Program-made: the position numbers and the translations under genes
The notes under the pieces: generated by a model
Told to the model about the DNA's origin: nothing
Databases searched by the model: none
Seen by the model: only the letters and a program-made list of their open reading frames with translations
Shown here: piece after piece, positions 19,653 through 28,652 of the stretch
Layout: each line of letters begins with the position of its first letter
Numbering within the stretch: the stretch's first letter is position 1
Origin: Escherichia phage JEP6
Length of the DNA stretch: 64,000 nucleotides
Sequence record: MT764206.1
Strand: one strand, 5' to 3'

Positions 19653-20639
19653 TTATTTCAGAAGAGTAACCTCAGCGATTTCTTCCCAACCGTTTTTGTC
19701 GGTCATAATGAAGTCAGCAAGATAAAGAGCAGTACGCAGTGAAACATTACGTAAACGGTTAACATTGACTTTCATCCATGATAATGCTTTATAAGTTTCT
19801 TCATCAGAAAGACCGCGCTTTTGCATCATGTCAGTTGAAAGAATAACATCTTCAACCCTGACCATAATTTCTTCATTAGTGTGAACACCCAAATCCAAAT
19901 AAACCGAGCGGGACACTAATGCTTGTAAATGTGGAGCAAGTTTAGTACCACGGTCTAATTCGCGGTCAATGTCAACGTTTGTGATAAAAACAATCGTTCC
20001 TTTAAATTCAAACTCACGCTCAATGCCTTTTTCTTCTAAGTAAGAAGACGCAGTGCTCCAGCAGACTTTACGGGTCTCTCCAGTGTCCAGAGCGGCTTTT
20101 AGAAGATTAAGAATGTCCATATCAGAGAAAACATCCACATCATCAATCAAAAGGACAGAATTCTCTTCACGATTATTCCAAAGCTGCTCATAAAGACCAA
20201 TACCAGAGATTTTACCATTAATGCTTTTATATTCAATGTATCCAATATCATTTGCTTTATTTAAAGCTTTATCTAAAGAATACGTTTTACCAATACCTGC
20301 TGCGCCAGAGATAATTAATGAACGAATATTTCCGTTAATAATACCATTCGTCATCATTCCCATAACATTAAATCTTTTATTAATGCGGGTTTTCATATCT
20401 TCATATGATTCTTTAACTTCTTCAACTTTTACACCATCATATGAAATATCTGATTTGTAAACCCAAACACCGCGACGTTTACCGTCAATTTCAACAAAAA
20501 CTTTACCATCTCCTTGTGCATCTACCGGAGCATTATCTGGGAACCATTCTCCTAAGAGCTCAAAAGTTCCAGAGATTTCTTTACCGAAGTAGATACCCTT
20601 ATTGATAGTTACAGTTTTCATTTTATTCTCCAATTTCAC
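19653..20639 (-). CDS. P-loop NTPase (AAA-like ATPase)
   Basis: 328 aa; Walker A GAAGIGKT and Walker B VLLIDDVD. Confidence 0.6.
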   Translation of the reverse strand: MKLENKMKTVTINKGIYFGKEISGTFELLGEWFPDNAPVDAQGDGKVFVEIDGKRRGVWVYKSDISYDGVKVEEVKESYEDMKTRINKRFNVMGMMTNGIINGNIRSLIISGAAGIGKTYSLDKALNKANDIGYIEYKSINGKISGIGLYEQLWNNREENSVLLIDDVDVFSDMDILNLLKAALDTGETRKVCWSTASSYLEEKGIEREFEFKGTIVFITNVDIDRELDRGTKLAPHLQALVSRSVYLDLGVHTNEEIMVRVEDVILSTDMMQKRGLSDEETYKALSWMKVNVNRLRNVSLRTALYLADFIMTDKNGWEEIAEVTLLK

Positions 20640-20656
20640 ATTTGTTTTGATAGGGT

Positions 20657-20686
20657 AATAGTATCACACTACTACCCTACTGTAAA
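20657..20686 (-). promoter_or_regulatory. T4-type early promoter (GTTTACA-N17-TACTAT)
   Basis: upstream of ATPase gene start 20639. Confidence 0.6.
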
Positions 20687-20690
20687 CAAT

Positions 20691-20954
20691 TTATTTTAAT
20701 GTTTGCCAAATTTTTACTGCTTCGCGACGAGATACTTCTACAGCTCCAAGTTCTACGGCTTTTTGGCGTCGGCGAGCATGTAAGTCATAATGTTTAATGC
20801 GTTTATCTTGAAACCAAGAACGTTTCATTCCTATTGCTTCTGCCATTTTATGAAGCTCTTCAATATCTCCATCAGTGAACATATGACAATTTTTAGTTGG
20901 ATGACCGCGAAGTTTCCATCCATGATTCATTAAAACATCTACGTAAACTGTCAT
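20691..20954 (-). CDS. hypothetical protein
   Basis: ORF track 87 aa. Confidence 0.5.
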   Translation of the reverse strand: MTVYVDVLMNHGWKLRGHPTKNCHMFTDGDIEELHKMAEAIGMKRSWFQDKRIKHYDLHARRRQKAVELGAVEVSRREAVKIWQTLK

Positions 20955-21136
20955 TGATTCTTCTCCAAATAAGTTTCGATAATTTTCTGAGCGAGATAAA
21001 CTGCATTATCTTCAGTTGCATCTTCTAAGAAACTTTCAAAACACTCTGAAATTTCTTCTGTGTCAATCAACTTTTTTACTTCAATTGGTGTAATTTTCAT
21101 TTTGTTTTCCGTTTAAGTGTTTGTTTTGATAGTTGT

Positions 21137-21166
21137 ATAGTACCATAAAGCTTTATGCTTGTAAAC
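21137..21166 (-). promoter_or_regulatory. T4-type early promoter (GTTTACA-N17-TACTAT)
   Basis: conserved element between terminator 21199-21216 and downstream ORFs. Confidence 0.6.
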
Positions 21167-21198
21167 CACTTTGTGAAAAAATTTTTGAAATAAAAAAA

Positions 21199-21216
21199 GG
21201 GAGCCCGAAGGCTCCC
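21199..21216 (-). terminator. intrinsic terminator GGGAGCC-CGAA-GGCTCCC plus T-run
   Basis: 7-bp GC stem with tetraloop; A7 on plus strand (T7 on minus) immediately after; directly downstream of nucleotidyltransferase gene. Confidence 0.7.
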
Positions 21217-21218
21217 TA

Positions 21219-22232
21219 TCATTTATAATAACTTCGGTGGTTTTCAAGATAGACCTTCTCAAGGAAGTCATCCCAGAAACTCATGTCTACTGTTTTAGGC
21301 ATACCGTTCTTAGAAGCTTCAGTAGATGCTGCTTCTACTTGATCGACCACATCTTCCAAAAACTCTTGAACCGTTTTAAATGGATGTTTACCCAACTTCA
21401 CGTCGAGAATAAATGGAGCATCTTGGAGTGGATAAACCAAGTCACCAGTTTTGTAAATTTCCAATAGTTGGAGTCCACCACGACAAGCATGACTCAGAGC
21501 TTTCCAGTCAATGCCTTCATTGGCTTCGGCCTTACGAGCGCGTTCACCGTATTCAGCATCTAATTTGTTCAGTGACTGCTTAAGCTCAATAAGAGAAAGC
21601 GTTGTCTGATATTTACGACCCAACACTGTGTAAAACGTTTGTGGGCCTGTTTTCTCATGATTATGGAACACCCATTCACAGAATTCGTTTTCTGGAAGAC
21701 GATGCTTAATATCTTCAACTTTAGTGCGGCGCTGCTTAATAGAACCATCTTCTTGGTAATCAACCCATTGCTCGGGGATTTGATTAACTACTTTCAATAC
21801 ATCACGTAATGCAGCCAAACGAGAACCCTTAACACCGTATTTAGAAGCTTGTTTGCGGACATATCCTAAATAGGATTTCATGTTAGTCGTATAAAAACGA
21901 GAACGGTTGTCTTGAATAAACTTCCACACATCAGGCAAATCAGATTTAACCACTAGTTCAGGTGGAGTGTGAAGCATATCCAATGCTACAGTTTCACCAT
22001 CTGCTGCTAATTTAAAGAAATACTTAAGACTATACAATTCGTGGTCAATATCATCTTTAGTGTTTTTAGATGATGTGTTGTTGGTGTTTTTACTCATGTG
22101 CTCTTTGACATTTCCGATAAGAATATCACGAGCAGGAGGAACAAAGATTTCTTTAAAATCTACATCAGATTCTGGGGTAGAAGTTCCATAAAGATGACTA
22201 CCAAAATAACTTTTCATTACTGTTTTCATCAT
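21219..22232 (-). CDS. predicted Pol-beta-superfamily nucleotidyltransferase
   Basis: 337 aa; motif GSHLYGTSTPESDVD (GS-x10-DxD) near N-terminus, further acidic residue in ALDMLH. Confidence 0.55.
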   Translation of the reverse strand: MMKTVMKSYFGSHLYGTSTPESDVDFKEIFVPPARDILIGNVKEHMSKNTNNTSSKNTKDDIDHELYSLKYFFKLAADGETVALDMLHTPPELVVKSDLPDVWKFIQDNRSRFYTTNMKSYLGYVRKQASKYGVKGSRLAALRDVLKVVNQIPEQWVDYQEDGSIKQRRTKVEDIKHRLPENEFCEWVFHNHEKTGPQTFYTVLGRKYQTTLSLIELKQSLNKLDAEYGERARKAEANEGIDWKALSHACRGGLQLLEIYKTGDLVYPLQDAPFILDVKLGKHPFKTVQEFLEDVVDQVEAASTEASKNGMPKTVDMSFWDDFLEKVYLENHRSYYK

Positions 22233-22690
22233 TCAGCCTTATATTCAATAACAGGACACACTTTAGCTTTACGAGCTTTTAAAAATTCAACGATAACCGA
22301 TTTCTTGGGTTGAATAGGAGGTAAACCTTTATACGCCCTATCAATATTTTCTACGTGTAAAGCATAATCCTTTTTCCATTTATAATCTTTATATTTTTCA
22401 CGCAAATGTGCAGGAATAACAAATGAACCAATAATAAGTAAAACAACCAAAAGCGCAAGTATAAATGCTGATGGAATAAGAGTCCATAAACTACCAAAAA
22501 TAAGCCAACGCTGTAGGCTTTCTGCACAGATGATAGTTAGACCTACGAGTATAGTACATCCGAAAAAAGAAACGAAAAATGTAGGAATGGCAATAGACCA
22601 AAAATATGCGCATAGTGTCTTAGGTCGTTGCCATTCATCGTTAAACAATTTGAATAATTTATAGTGCCAAGAGTTTTCATTAATAATCAT
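22229..22690 (-). CDS. hypothetical membrane protein
   Basis: 153 aa; several hydrophobic helices. Confidence 0.5.
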   Translation of the reverse strand: MIINENSWHYKLFKLFNDEWQRPKTLCAYFWSIAIPTFFVSFFGCTILVGLTIICAESLQRWLIFGSLWTLIPSAFILALLVVLLIIGSFVIPAHLREKYKDYKWKKDYALHVENIDRAYKGLPPIQPKKSVIVEFLKARKAKVCPVIEYKAE

Positions 22691-22692
22691 AA

Positions 22693-22911
22693 TTATCCTT
22701 TCATTGAAGGTGTAACAGTTGTTAAATACTTAATCATAGCTTCAGCTTCTGATTTTGATAATGAAATTTCTCCATTGTTTTGACGAATAGAAATAAAATC
22801 CGGATGACGGTCACCACCGGCTTTTAAAACACACATATAAGTATCAGTTTCATCTTCAATATTTGAAATGATTGAAGCAGTTCCACACGAATGTGGTTTT
22901 TGATAAATCAA
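22693..22911 (-). CDS. hypothetical protein
   Basis: 72 aa; C-terminus resembles that of ORF 23220-23774. Confidence 0.45.
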   Translation of the reverse strand: MIYQKPHSCGTASIISNIEDETDTYMCVLKAGGDRHPDFISIRQNNGEISLSKSEAEAMIKYLTTVTPSMKG

Positions 22912-22949
22912 TACAGCTTTTCTTCCACCATTTGACTGTTCATAAACTT

Positions 22950-23213
22950 TTAATACATCAACAAATCACTTCTTTTATCAATAGCTAAAATGTTATTTTC
23001 ATCTTCAATGTTAAATCCTTCGGATACTTCATAAAGTGTCACCCATAAATCACCTATATCGATAGTAGCATTTTCCTTTCCATGACTTTCAAGAGCATGA
23101 CAAATTTTCTTAATTTCGTCATAACTCATTTTAATAATATCATCTCCTTGACTAAGAAAGATGTCATTTTTAAATTCAACACGAATTAAACCGCTTCCAC
23201 TTGAAATAAACAT
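22950..23213 (-). CDS. hypothetical protein
   Basis: ORF track 87 aa. Confidence 0.45.
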   Translation of the reverse strand: MFISSGSGLIRVEFKNDIFLSQGDDIIKMSYDEIKKICHALESHGKENATIDIGDLWVTLYEVSEGFNIEDENNILAIDKRSDLLMY

Positions 23214-23219
23214 ATTTCC

Positions 23220-23774
23220 TCACTTTGAAATCATAGTTGGAATAACAGAATCAAGATAAGTCTTTAACGCAATAGCTTCGTCTTTGTTTAATGTAATGAT
23301 ATGTGATCGAAAATCGTCAATTTGACGAATAGATACTACATCTCCTTCTTCATAGCATTTTGATACATTTAAAACAGTTTCATCATTCTGATTGCAAGCG
23401 TTAGTAATAATAGCATTGCAATTTTTGAGCCATTTTAAACTATGTTTTCTTTCATTAGAATAATAAAAATATTTAATCTTAGCTATAAAACTATCCCAAT
23501 GGATAACTGATAAACACATTGACTCACTTTCAATGTTAAATCCTGGGCATGAAGAATAAAAATGAATTTTGTGCTCATCATTGATGCTTACTATTTTATC
23601 AGCATAAGGATATTCAATTTGGGTTAAATGAATAATTTCACTAGGTGTAAAATACAGCATATCGTCTTCTTGCGTCAAACGATACATGTTATTTACTTTT
23701 TCTATAGCCAATTCACCAAAAAGCGGACTAACTTCTAATACTAATCGTTTCATATTAATCCTTTTTATTGGCAC
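23220..23774 (-). CDS. hypothetical protein
   Basis: ORF track 184 aa. Confidence 0.5.
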   Translation of the reverse strand: MPIKRINMKRLVLEVSPLFGELAIEKVNNMYRLTQEDDMLYFTPSEIIHLTQIEYPYADKIVSINDEHKIHFYSSCPGFNIESESMCLSVIHWDSFIAKIKYFYYSNERKHSLKWLKNCNAIITNACNQNDETVLNVSKCYEEGDVVSIRQIDDFRSHIITLNKDEAIALKTYLDSVIPTMISK

Positions 23775-24033
23775 GAATTTGTTCTAAAATTTTAGAATAT
23801 TCCTTTGTATCAGATTTACGTACAATTGATACACTATAAGGCATACTATCGGTGTCTTTTATAAAGCGTTCCAAATGACACTCTAACAAAATTTCTGGAT
23901 TATAAATCGTGTACATCAAATTACCTGTTGCTCCACGATATTGGCAGATTTCTACTGATTGAACACCATTCCATAATTTTGTTAAAACTAAATCACCTAC
24001 TTCTAATTTAGGAAAGCCCATGTTATTCACCAA
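23755..24033 (-). CDS. hypothetical protein
   Basis: ORF track 92 aa. Confidence 0.45.
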   Translation of the reverse strand: MVNNMGFPKLEVGDLVLTKLWNGVQSVEICQYRGATGNLMYTIYNPEILLECHLERFIKDTDSMPYSVSIVRKSDTKEYSKILEQIRANKKD

Positions 24034-24208
24034 TTAAAGTTTCAATATAAGAATCAAGATTTACTTTAGCTTCTTCCATAAGAGTTTTGTATTTAATCTT
24101 GTTAGCATGTCCGGAGAAAGCTGATTCATCAATAATTGTTGATGTATGAACAGCTTTACTATACGTCTCAATTAATTCTCTTAATTTAAAAGCCTGCTCA
24201 CTTGTCAT
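24023..24208 (-). CDS. hypothetical small protein (member of small-protein family)
   Basis: 61 aa; MTSEQAFKLRELI N-terminal pattern. Confidence 0.45.
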   Translation of the reverse strand: MTSEQAFKLRELIETYSKAVHTSTIIDESAFSGHANKIKYKTLMEEAKVNLDSYIETLIGE

Positions 24209-24340
24209 TACATACTCCTTTGAATAATATCAATAATGTTGTTCACCAGATTATAAGTAAACATTGGGTAATTATATTGAATCATCACATACACAACAAA
24301 CAAAACTTTCATTCTCTTCTCCTTGGCAGTTGACAAGATT

Positions 24341-24370
24341 ACTATACCATAACCTTGCCAACTTGTAAAC
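24341..24370 (-). promoter_or_regulatory. T4-type early promoter (GTTTACA-N17-TATAGT)
   Basis: conserved element upstream of ORF 24023-24208. Confidence 0.55.
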
Positions 24371-24372
24371 CA

Positions 24373-24546
24373 TTAAATGACGTTTTCAATAAAATTCTGA
24401 AGCTTTGTGTGAGCATCAACCATGATTTTCATTTCTTCTTTGGCGAAAGCTGTACCTCTTTCCCGAGAAGAACATTCATAGTCAGAAACTGCATTAGCAT
24501 ATTCTTCAATTAGCTTCATTAAAAACATCTGCTTTTCAGTTTTCAT
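24373..24546 (-). CDS. hypothetical small protein (57 aa)
   Basis: below track cutoff; fills gap between ORFs; MKTEKQMFLMKLIEEY. Confidence 0.3.
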   Translation of the reverse strand: MKTEKQMFLMKLIEEYANAVSDYECSSRERGTAFAKEEMKIMVDAHTKLQNFIENVI

Positions 24547-24730
24547 TATTCCACCTAATCATTTCAAGATATTGGACTAACTTAGCTTTAGATTTATCCA
24601 AATCCTTTTTAGCTGCTTCTATACCGTCGTATGAATATCCTTCACAATGCTCAACTGCTAATTGATATGAATCTATTTCAATATCATGCGCTAATTTAAT
24701 GATTTTTTCAAACTGTTCGCGTGTTAGCAT
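24536..24730 (-). CDS. hypothetical small protein (small-protein family)
   Basis: 64 aa; MLTREQFEKIIKL. Confidence 0.45.
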   Translation of the reverse strand: MLTREQFEKIIKLAHDIEIDSYQLAVEHCEGYSYDGIEAAKKDLDKSKAKLVQYLEMIRWNNEN

Positions 24731-24732
24731 AC

Positions 24733-24915
24733 TTAAACTCTCGTATTATGATCGATAATTTCATCAAGAAACATATCTAACGCTTCTAAAGCATTATCAA
24801 CTTTAGCTTCAAATTCTTCAATACCTGATAAGGCAAAGTTAATGCGTTCCTCATCTGCTTTGCGAATTAAATCTACCAATTCTTTAATTTTATCCGCTTG
24901 TTCGATACTAATCAT
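24733..24915 (-). CDS. hypothetical small protein (small-protein family)
   Basis: 60 aa from ATG 24915 (GGTGG RBS, TAATG overlap with upstream stop); track start 24951 is an extension. Confidence 0.45.
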   Translation of the reverse strand: MISIEQADKIKELVDLIRKADEERINFALSGIEEFEAKVDNALEALDMFLDEIIDHNTRV

Positions 24916-25103
24916 TATTCCACCACATATGAAAGAGAGAATATTGCACACGCCATGTGAGTTGCAGCTTCATCACACATATCATAACGTTTCTTAAGAA
25001 GTTCTACAAGTTCTTCACTAGTGACTTCATCCATGTCGACGAAAAAATCACCATTAATGATGACGTAGATATTTCCTTCTTGATTAAGTGCTTCAATTTT
25101 CAT
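24915..25103 (-). CDS. hypothetical small protein
   Basis: 62 aa from ATG 25103 with GAGGAG RBS; track start 25148 (TTG) would overlap the promoter -10. Confidence 0.45.
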   Translation of the reverse strand: MKIEALNQEGNIYVIINGDFFVDMDEVTSEELVELLKKRYDMCDEAATHMACAIFSLSYVVE

Positions 25104-25131
25104 GATGTTCTCCTCTTTATCCGATGGTTGT

Positions 25132-25161
25132 ATAGTACCACGGCTCAAACGGAAAGTAAAC
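25132..25161 (-). promoter_or_regulatory. T4-type early promoter (GTTTAC-N18-TACTAT)
   Basis: conserved element between terminator and ATG 25103. Confidence 0.55.
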
Positions 25162-25177
25162 CGGTAAAATGAAAAAA

Positions 25178-25193
25178 GTCTCCCGAAGGAGAC
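25178..25193 (-). terminator. intrinsic terminator GTCTCC-CGAA-GGAGAC plus T-run
   Basis: hairpin just downstream of rI.-1-like ORF; A6 on plus strand (T6 on minus) follows. Confidence 0.65.
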
Positions 25194-25198
25194 TAATG

Positions 25199-25585
25199 TT
25201 ATTCGAGGGAAAGAAGATACTTACTCTGGTAAAACATTCCAGTAATATCATCTATCGTGCTTTGGATGGCTGGAGGCATTTCTTTATAAATGCTGTTAGA
25301 TTGGTCTAGTATGCGATCAATCATTTTAATTGTGTCGGTAGGAAGTTTACTAGCATCTGGAATTGAAGGTGTGTATTTTCTACCAGAATACCCCAAATAT
25401 TGCTCACCAAATTTATCAATCAAATCTGGCAACTCGGAGAAAATAAAATCGTATGCTTTGTGTCTAGCATAACTTTTAGTTTCAAAATGTGCAGAATGAA
25501 AATAAGCTTGTGCAGCCATTAATAAACCTAAGTATTCATCTGCCTTTGAAGGTTTTCCACTTTGTGAAAAGTCGCTGAATTTCAT
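25199..25585 (-). CDS. hypothetical protein (rI.-1 position)
   Basis: ORF track 128 aa; directly downstream of rI. Confidence 0.55.
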   Translation of the reverse strand: MKFSDFSQSGKPSKADEYLGLLMAAQAYFHSAHFETKSYARHKAYDFIFSELPDLIDKFGEQYLGYSGRKYTPSIPDASKLPTDTIKMIDRILDQSNSIYKEMPPAIQSTIDDITGMFYQSKYLLSLE

Positions 25586-25875
25586 TCAGTCTCCAATTTA
25601 ATGTTCATAATTCTAGCGTATGATTGTGCCATCTCCGCGCCTCGTTCTATACATTCAAAATCAGAAGAGCACGGGTCATTTTTATAGGTCGTTCTCATAA
25701 AACTATAGAATTGTTCAGACGATTCTACGCTTTTATTTTCAAAAAGCATATAAACGTGCCTAATACCAGATTCCATAAATTTATCAAAATGAGGATCGAC
25801 ATTCGCTTCAATCGATGGAGATAAAACAAATGACAATCCTAGCATGGCAAATAGTGTCGTTGCTTTTAAGGCCAT
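25582..25875 (-). CDS. rI: lysis inhibition regulator (antiholin) RI
   Basis: 97 aa; N-terminal signal-anchor MALKATTLFAMLGLSFVLSPSIEA; sequence matches recalled T4 RI. Confidence 0.85.
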   Translation of the reverse strand: MALKATTLFAMLGLSFVLSPSIEANVDPHFDKFMESGIRHVYMLFENKSVESSEQFYSFMRTTYKNDPCSSDFECIERGAEMAQSYARIMNIKLETE

Positions 25876-25887
25876 AAAGGCCTCCTA

Positions 25888-26100
25888 TCATTTTTGCCCT
25901 GTATTTACTTTATGCCGATGCACGGCCTTAACTTTATCAAGGTATTTTTCAAAATTTCGCAATCTAGTATAGTCTGCCGGAGATTGGTTGAGTGATACTT
26001 CTCGACGCAAAGCTGAAATGATATTTCCAACTTCCCTACGAATTTCATCTAATTGAAGAACGGTAAGATTGCGAAGTTGCTTTTCAGTTAATTGTAGCAT
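25888..26100 (-). CDS. hypothetical protein (rI.1 position)
   Basis: ORF track 70 aa. Confidence 0.5.
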
Positions 26101-26125
26101 ATATACCCCTTTAGTTAGATAAACC

Positions 26126-26133
26126 TATTTATA
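26126..26133 (-). promoter_or_regulatory. possible late promoter (TATAAATA on minus strand)
   Basis: exact TATAAATA about 25 nt upstream of ORF start 26100; could be chance in AT-rich DNA. Confidence 0.3.
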
Positions 26134-26142
26134 ACTTTTGCA

Positions 26143-26724
26143 CTAACCGAGCTTTTTAGTTAATTCATTCCAATGTTTTCTACACAAAGAAACATAAATT
26201 TCATCACCAATACAGATTTGATTACCTTCTTTAACTGGTGTTCCATCTTCCATTAATCGAGCTGTCATAATAGCTTTTTTACCACAATGACAAACTGCCT
26301 TTAGTTCAATAAGTTTATCTGCAATCGCCAAAAGTTCTTTAGAACCTTCAAATAATTTTCCAGCGAAATCAGTCCTTAGCCCATAAGCCATAACAGGAAC
26401 ATTATATGTATCAACAATTCGACTTAATTGATGCACCTGTTCAGTTTTTAAAAACTGAGCTTCATCTACAAATACACAATGAATATCTTTTTGTGCTTCA
26501 GCCCATTTATAGAACTCAAAAATATCCATATCATCCGTAATAATATTCGCTTCCTGCTTAATTCCAATGCGAGAAACGACTTCACAGACAGAATCGCGAG
26601 TATCAATAGCAGGCTTAAGAACTAATACACCCATTCCGCGTTCTTTATAATTATGTGCAGCAGTCAAAAGAGAAGCAGATTTTCCAGCATTCATTGCTGC
26701 GTAAGTAAAAATTAAACTCGCCAT
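26143..26724 (-). CDS. tk: thymidine kinase
   Basis: 193 aa; P-loop AAMNAGKS; C-terminal zinc-binding CHCG...C...C typical of TK1-type kinases. Confidence 0.9.
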   Translation of the reverse strand: MASLIFTYAAMNAGKSASLLTAAHNYKERGMGVLVLKPAIDTRDSVCEVVSRIGIKQEANIITDDMDIFEFYKWAEAQKDIHCVFVDEAQFLKTEQVHQLSRIVDTYNVPVMAYGLRTDFAGKLFEGSKELLAIADKLIELKAVCHCGKKAIMTARLMEDGTPVKEGNQICIGDEIYVSLCRKHWNELTKKLG

Positions 26725-26725
26725 C

Positions 26726-26914
26726 TTAGTCCTTAGTTAAATTTTCTAAATATGTTTTTAAATCATTTTCAGCTTTATCGATAGATTTTACTAATTCGTA
26801 ATATGTTTCGGCATCTCCATATTCAGAAGATATTTCAAAAGACAAATCCTTTTCTAAACTAATAATTTCACCAACTAAAAATAATATTTCGTTCTTTTGT
26901 TCGCGAGTAATCAT
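26726..26914 (-). CDS. hypothetical small protein (small-protein family)
   Basis: 62 aa; MITREQKNEILFL. Confidence 0.45.
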   Translation of the reverse strand: MITREQKNEILFLVGEIISLEKDLSFEISSEYGDAETYYELVKSIDKAENDLKTYLENLTKD

Positions 26915-27096
26915 AAGGAATTTATATAATCAATAAGTTCTTGTTCTTTATTATCGAATTCTTTAGAAAGTTCTTCGTACTCGTTTGCACTAAAAGGACC
27001 GCATTCATTACAAACTTTTTCCAATTCACTATTTTTATCCATAACTTCGTGGATAAGAGAAAAGAGTTTGTCTTTTTGTTCTTTGCTTAGGCTCAT
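26911..27096 (-). CDS. hypothetical small protein (small-protein family)
   Basis: 61 aa; MSLSKEQKDKLFSL. Confidence 0.45.
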   Translation of the reverse strand: MSLSKEQKDKLFSLIHEVMDKNSELEKVCNECGPFSANEYEELSKEFDNKEQELIDYINSL

Positions 27097-27266
27097 ATAT
27101 TAATTTCCAGAAGTTTTAAAATAATTCGCTTTTGCTTAAATATTTCCATAGTTAAATGATCAGTATCTTTTTGGCCAATTCCAATGGCAAAACCTTTATT
27201 AGCAGCGAGTTCAATTAAATTATCAAGTTCACGTGACACTTCATATTGTAACTCAGAACTATTCAT
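27093..27266 (-). CDS. hypothetical small protein (57 aa)
   Basis: below track cutoff; ATGA overlaps at both ends with flanking ORFs. Confidence 0.35.
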   Translation of the reverse strand: MNSSELQYEVSRELDNLIELAANKGFAIGIGQKDTDHLTMEIFKQKRIILKLLEINI

Positions 27267-27475
27267 TTCGGTTTACCTTCTTTAACGAAATCTGGATAAG
27301 GATAAAATCCCGAATAAAATCCTTCACCTTTATGATTGATGCATCCTTTATTAGAACAATAGCACCAATAATCGAAATCACAAGCCATTTCATCGTTGCA
27401 TAAAGCAAAAACAACTGGCCATTTACACTTTTCACAATGGGCATTTTTAAGAATACTAGTTTGGCTCATAACCAT
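27263..27475 (-). CDS. hypothetical Cys-rich (probable zinc-binding) small protein
   Basis: 70 aa; CEKCKW...C...C...C...CYC...GC pattern. Confidence 0.45.
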   Translation of the reverse strand: MVMSQTSILKNAHCEKCKWPVVFALCNDEMACDFDYWCYCSNKGCINHKGEGFYSGFYPYPDFVKEGKPK

Positions 27476-27693
27476 GTAACCTTTAAGCAGTATTCTTCTA
27501 CATGCTGTTTACGACCTTTCTTATCAATAAAGGTATATTCAACGAATGTTCCAATGTAGTCTTTATCTACATCATGCGGACTATTAATTGGACATTTAGT
27601 ACGGCAAATGCGTTCCCATTGACGAATAATTACTGCCTTATTCTTTGGGTCATATGGATGTGGATAATGTATATTCATAATAATGGTTCCCAA
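27466..27693 (-). CDS. hypothetical protein
   Basis: ORF track 75 aa. Confidence 0.45.
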   Translation of the reverse strand: MGTIIMNIHYPHPYDPKNKAVIIRQWERICRTKCPINSPHDVDKDYIGTFVEYTFIDKKGRKQHVEEYCLKVTWL

Positions 27694-28142
27694 TCAACAA
27701 TCACAATTTCTAATTTAGAGGAATATGTATCTAAAATCCCCTCAATAATATCCCAGTTCCCTTTACCTATGCCTGCACCAATCCTAGGCATATAGATTGT
27801 AGGTTTAATCAGTTTATTTTCACCAAACTCATTTAATTCTAACATACAATTCATTAAAGCGAAATACTCAAAATTTGGCCCTGGTTGAAATTGAGTATAA
27901 AGATTAAAGCAGTAAGCTTTATGAGTCCTAAAGTATTTTTCATAGACTGAATAAGAACCAAGTTTAGTTACATCACCCCATTCAGTCTGTAGTTTATCAG
28001 CTTCCAGAATTTTAGGGAAAGCTTTGGTTAATTGACCTGCGACTCCAGCTTTCATCGTATGAAAACAATTGCATCCATGCGCAATATTTTTACCTTCAGC
28101 GAAAAGGGCGACAATATCGCCCTTGATATATTTTACAATCAT
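27675..28142 (-). CDS. macro-domain-like protein (possible ADP-ribose binding/hydrolase)
   Basis: 155 aa; GDIV...IAHGCNC...MKAGVAGQL resembles macro-domain core motifs (GDIT...NAAN...GGGV); assignment tentative. Confidence 0.45.
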   Translation of the reverse strand: MIVKYIKGDIVALFAEGKNIAHGCNCFHTMKAGVAGQLTKAFPKILEADKLQTEWGDVTKLGSYSVYEKYFRTHKAYCFNLYTQFQPGPNFEYFALMNCMLELNEFGENKLIKPTIYMPRIGAGIGKGNWDIIEGILDTYSSKLEIVIVDWEPLL

Positions 28143-28486
28143 TTAGTACTCAATCCTCGATTATAAGAATCTACCAAACGGTCAACCATTGAATGACAAG
28201 CGGCTTTATCTTTCTCCTCCGCAACTGAACATTCTAAGGTATTCCACTTTTTAGCATATCGTTTTAATAATGTATCGTTTTTGTATCTGCTTGATTTATC
28301 TCTTTCTCCATCTTTATATGCATATATTAATTTCTGCGCAAATTCAGCTTGGCACGCTTTATTTTTCCCACAATAATCTGCCGCAGTGCGGTTTACATAT
28401 TCTCTAATTTCAGTATATGATGTATCTGCTGACGCAGAAGCAGAAAATGAAATTAATCCTATACATAAAACCAAAATTTTAGTCAT
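28139..28486 (-). CDS. hypothetical secreted protein (signal peptide, 4 Cys)
   Basis: 115 aa; N-terminal signal peptide MTKILVLCIGLISFSASASA. Confidence 0.5.
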   Translation of the reverse strand: MTKILVLCIGLISFSASASADTSYTEIREYVNRTAADYCGKNKACQAEFAQKLIYAYKDGERDKSSRYKNDTLLKRYAKKWNTLECSVAEEKDKAACHSMVDRLVDSYNRGLSTK

Positions 28487-28652
28487 TTACTATTTCCAAA
28501 AGTTTATTATTTTTAAGGTAATTAGCCTTTTCTAGGACTTCAGAAGCATATTTAGAACCAGCTTTAACATTCCATCCTGAATTATAAGAGGATATTGCTT
28601 TTCTTATATCGCCCTTATGTATATTTAACCAATAAGAAAGTTCAATGTACGC

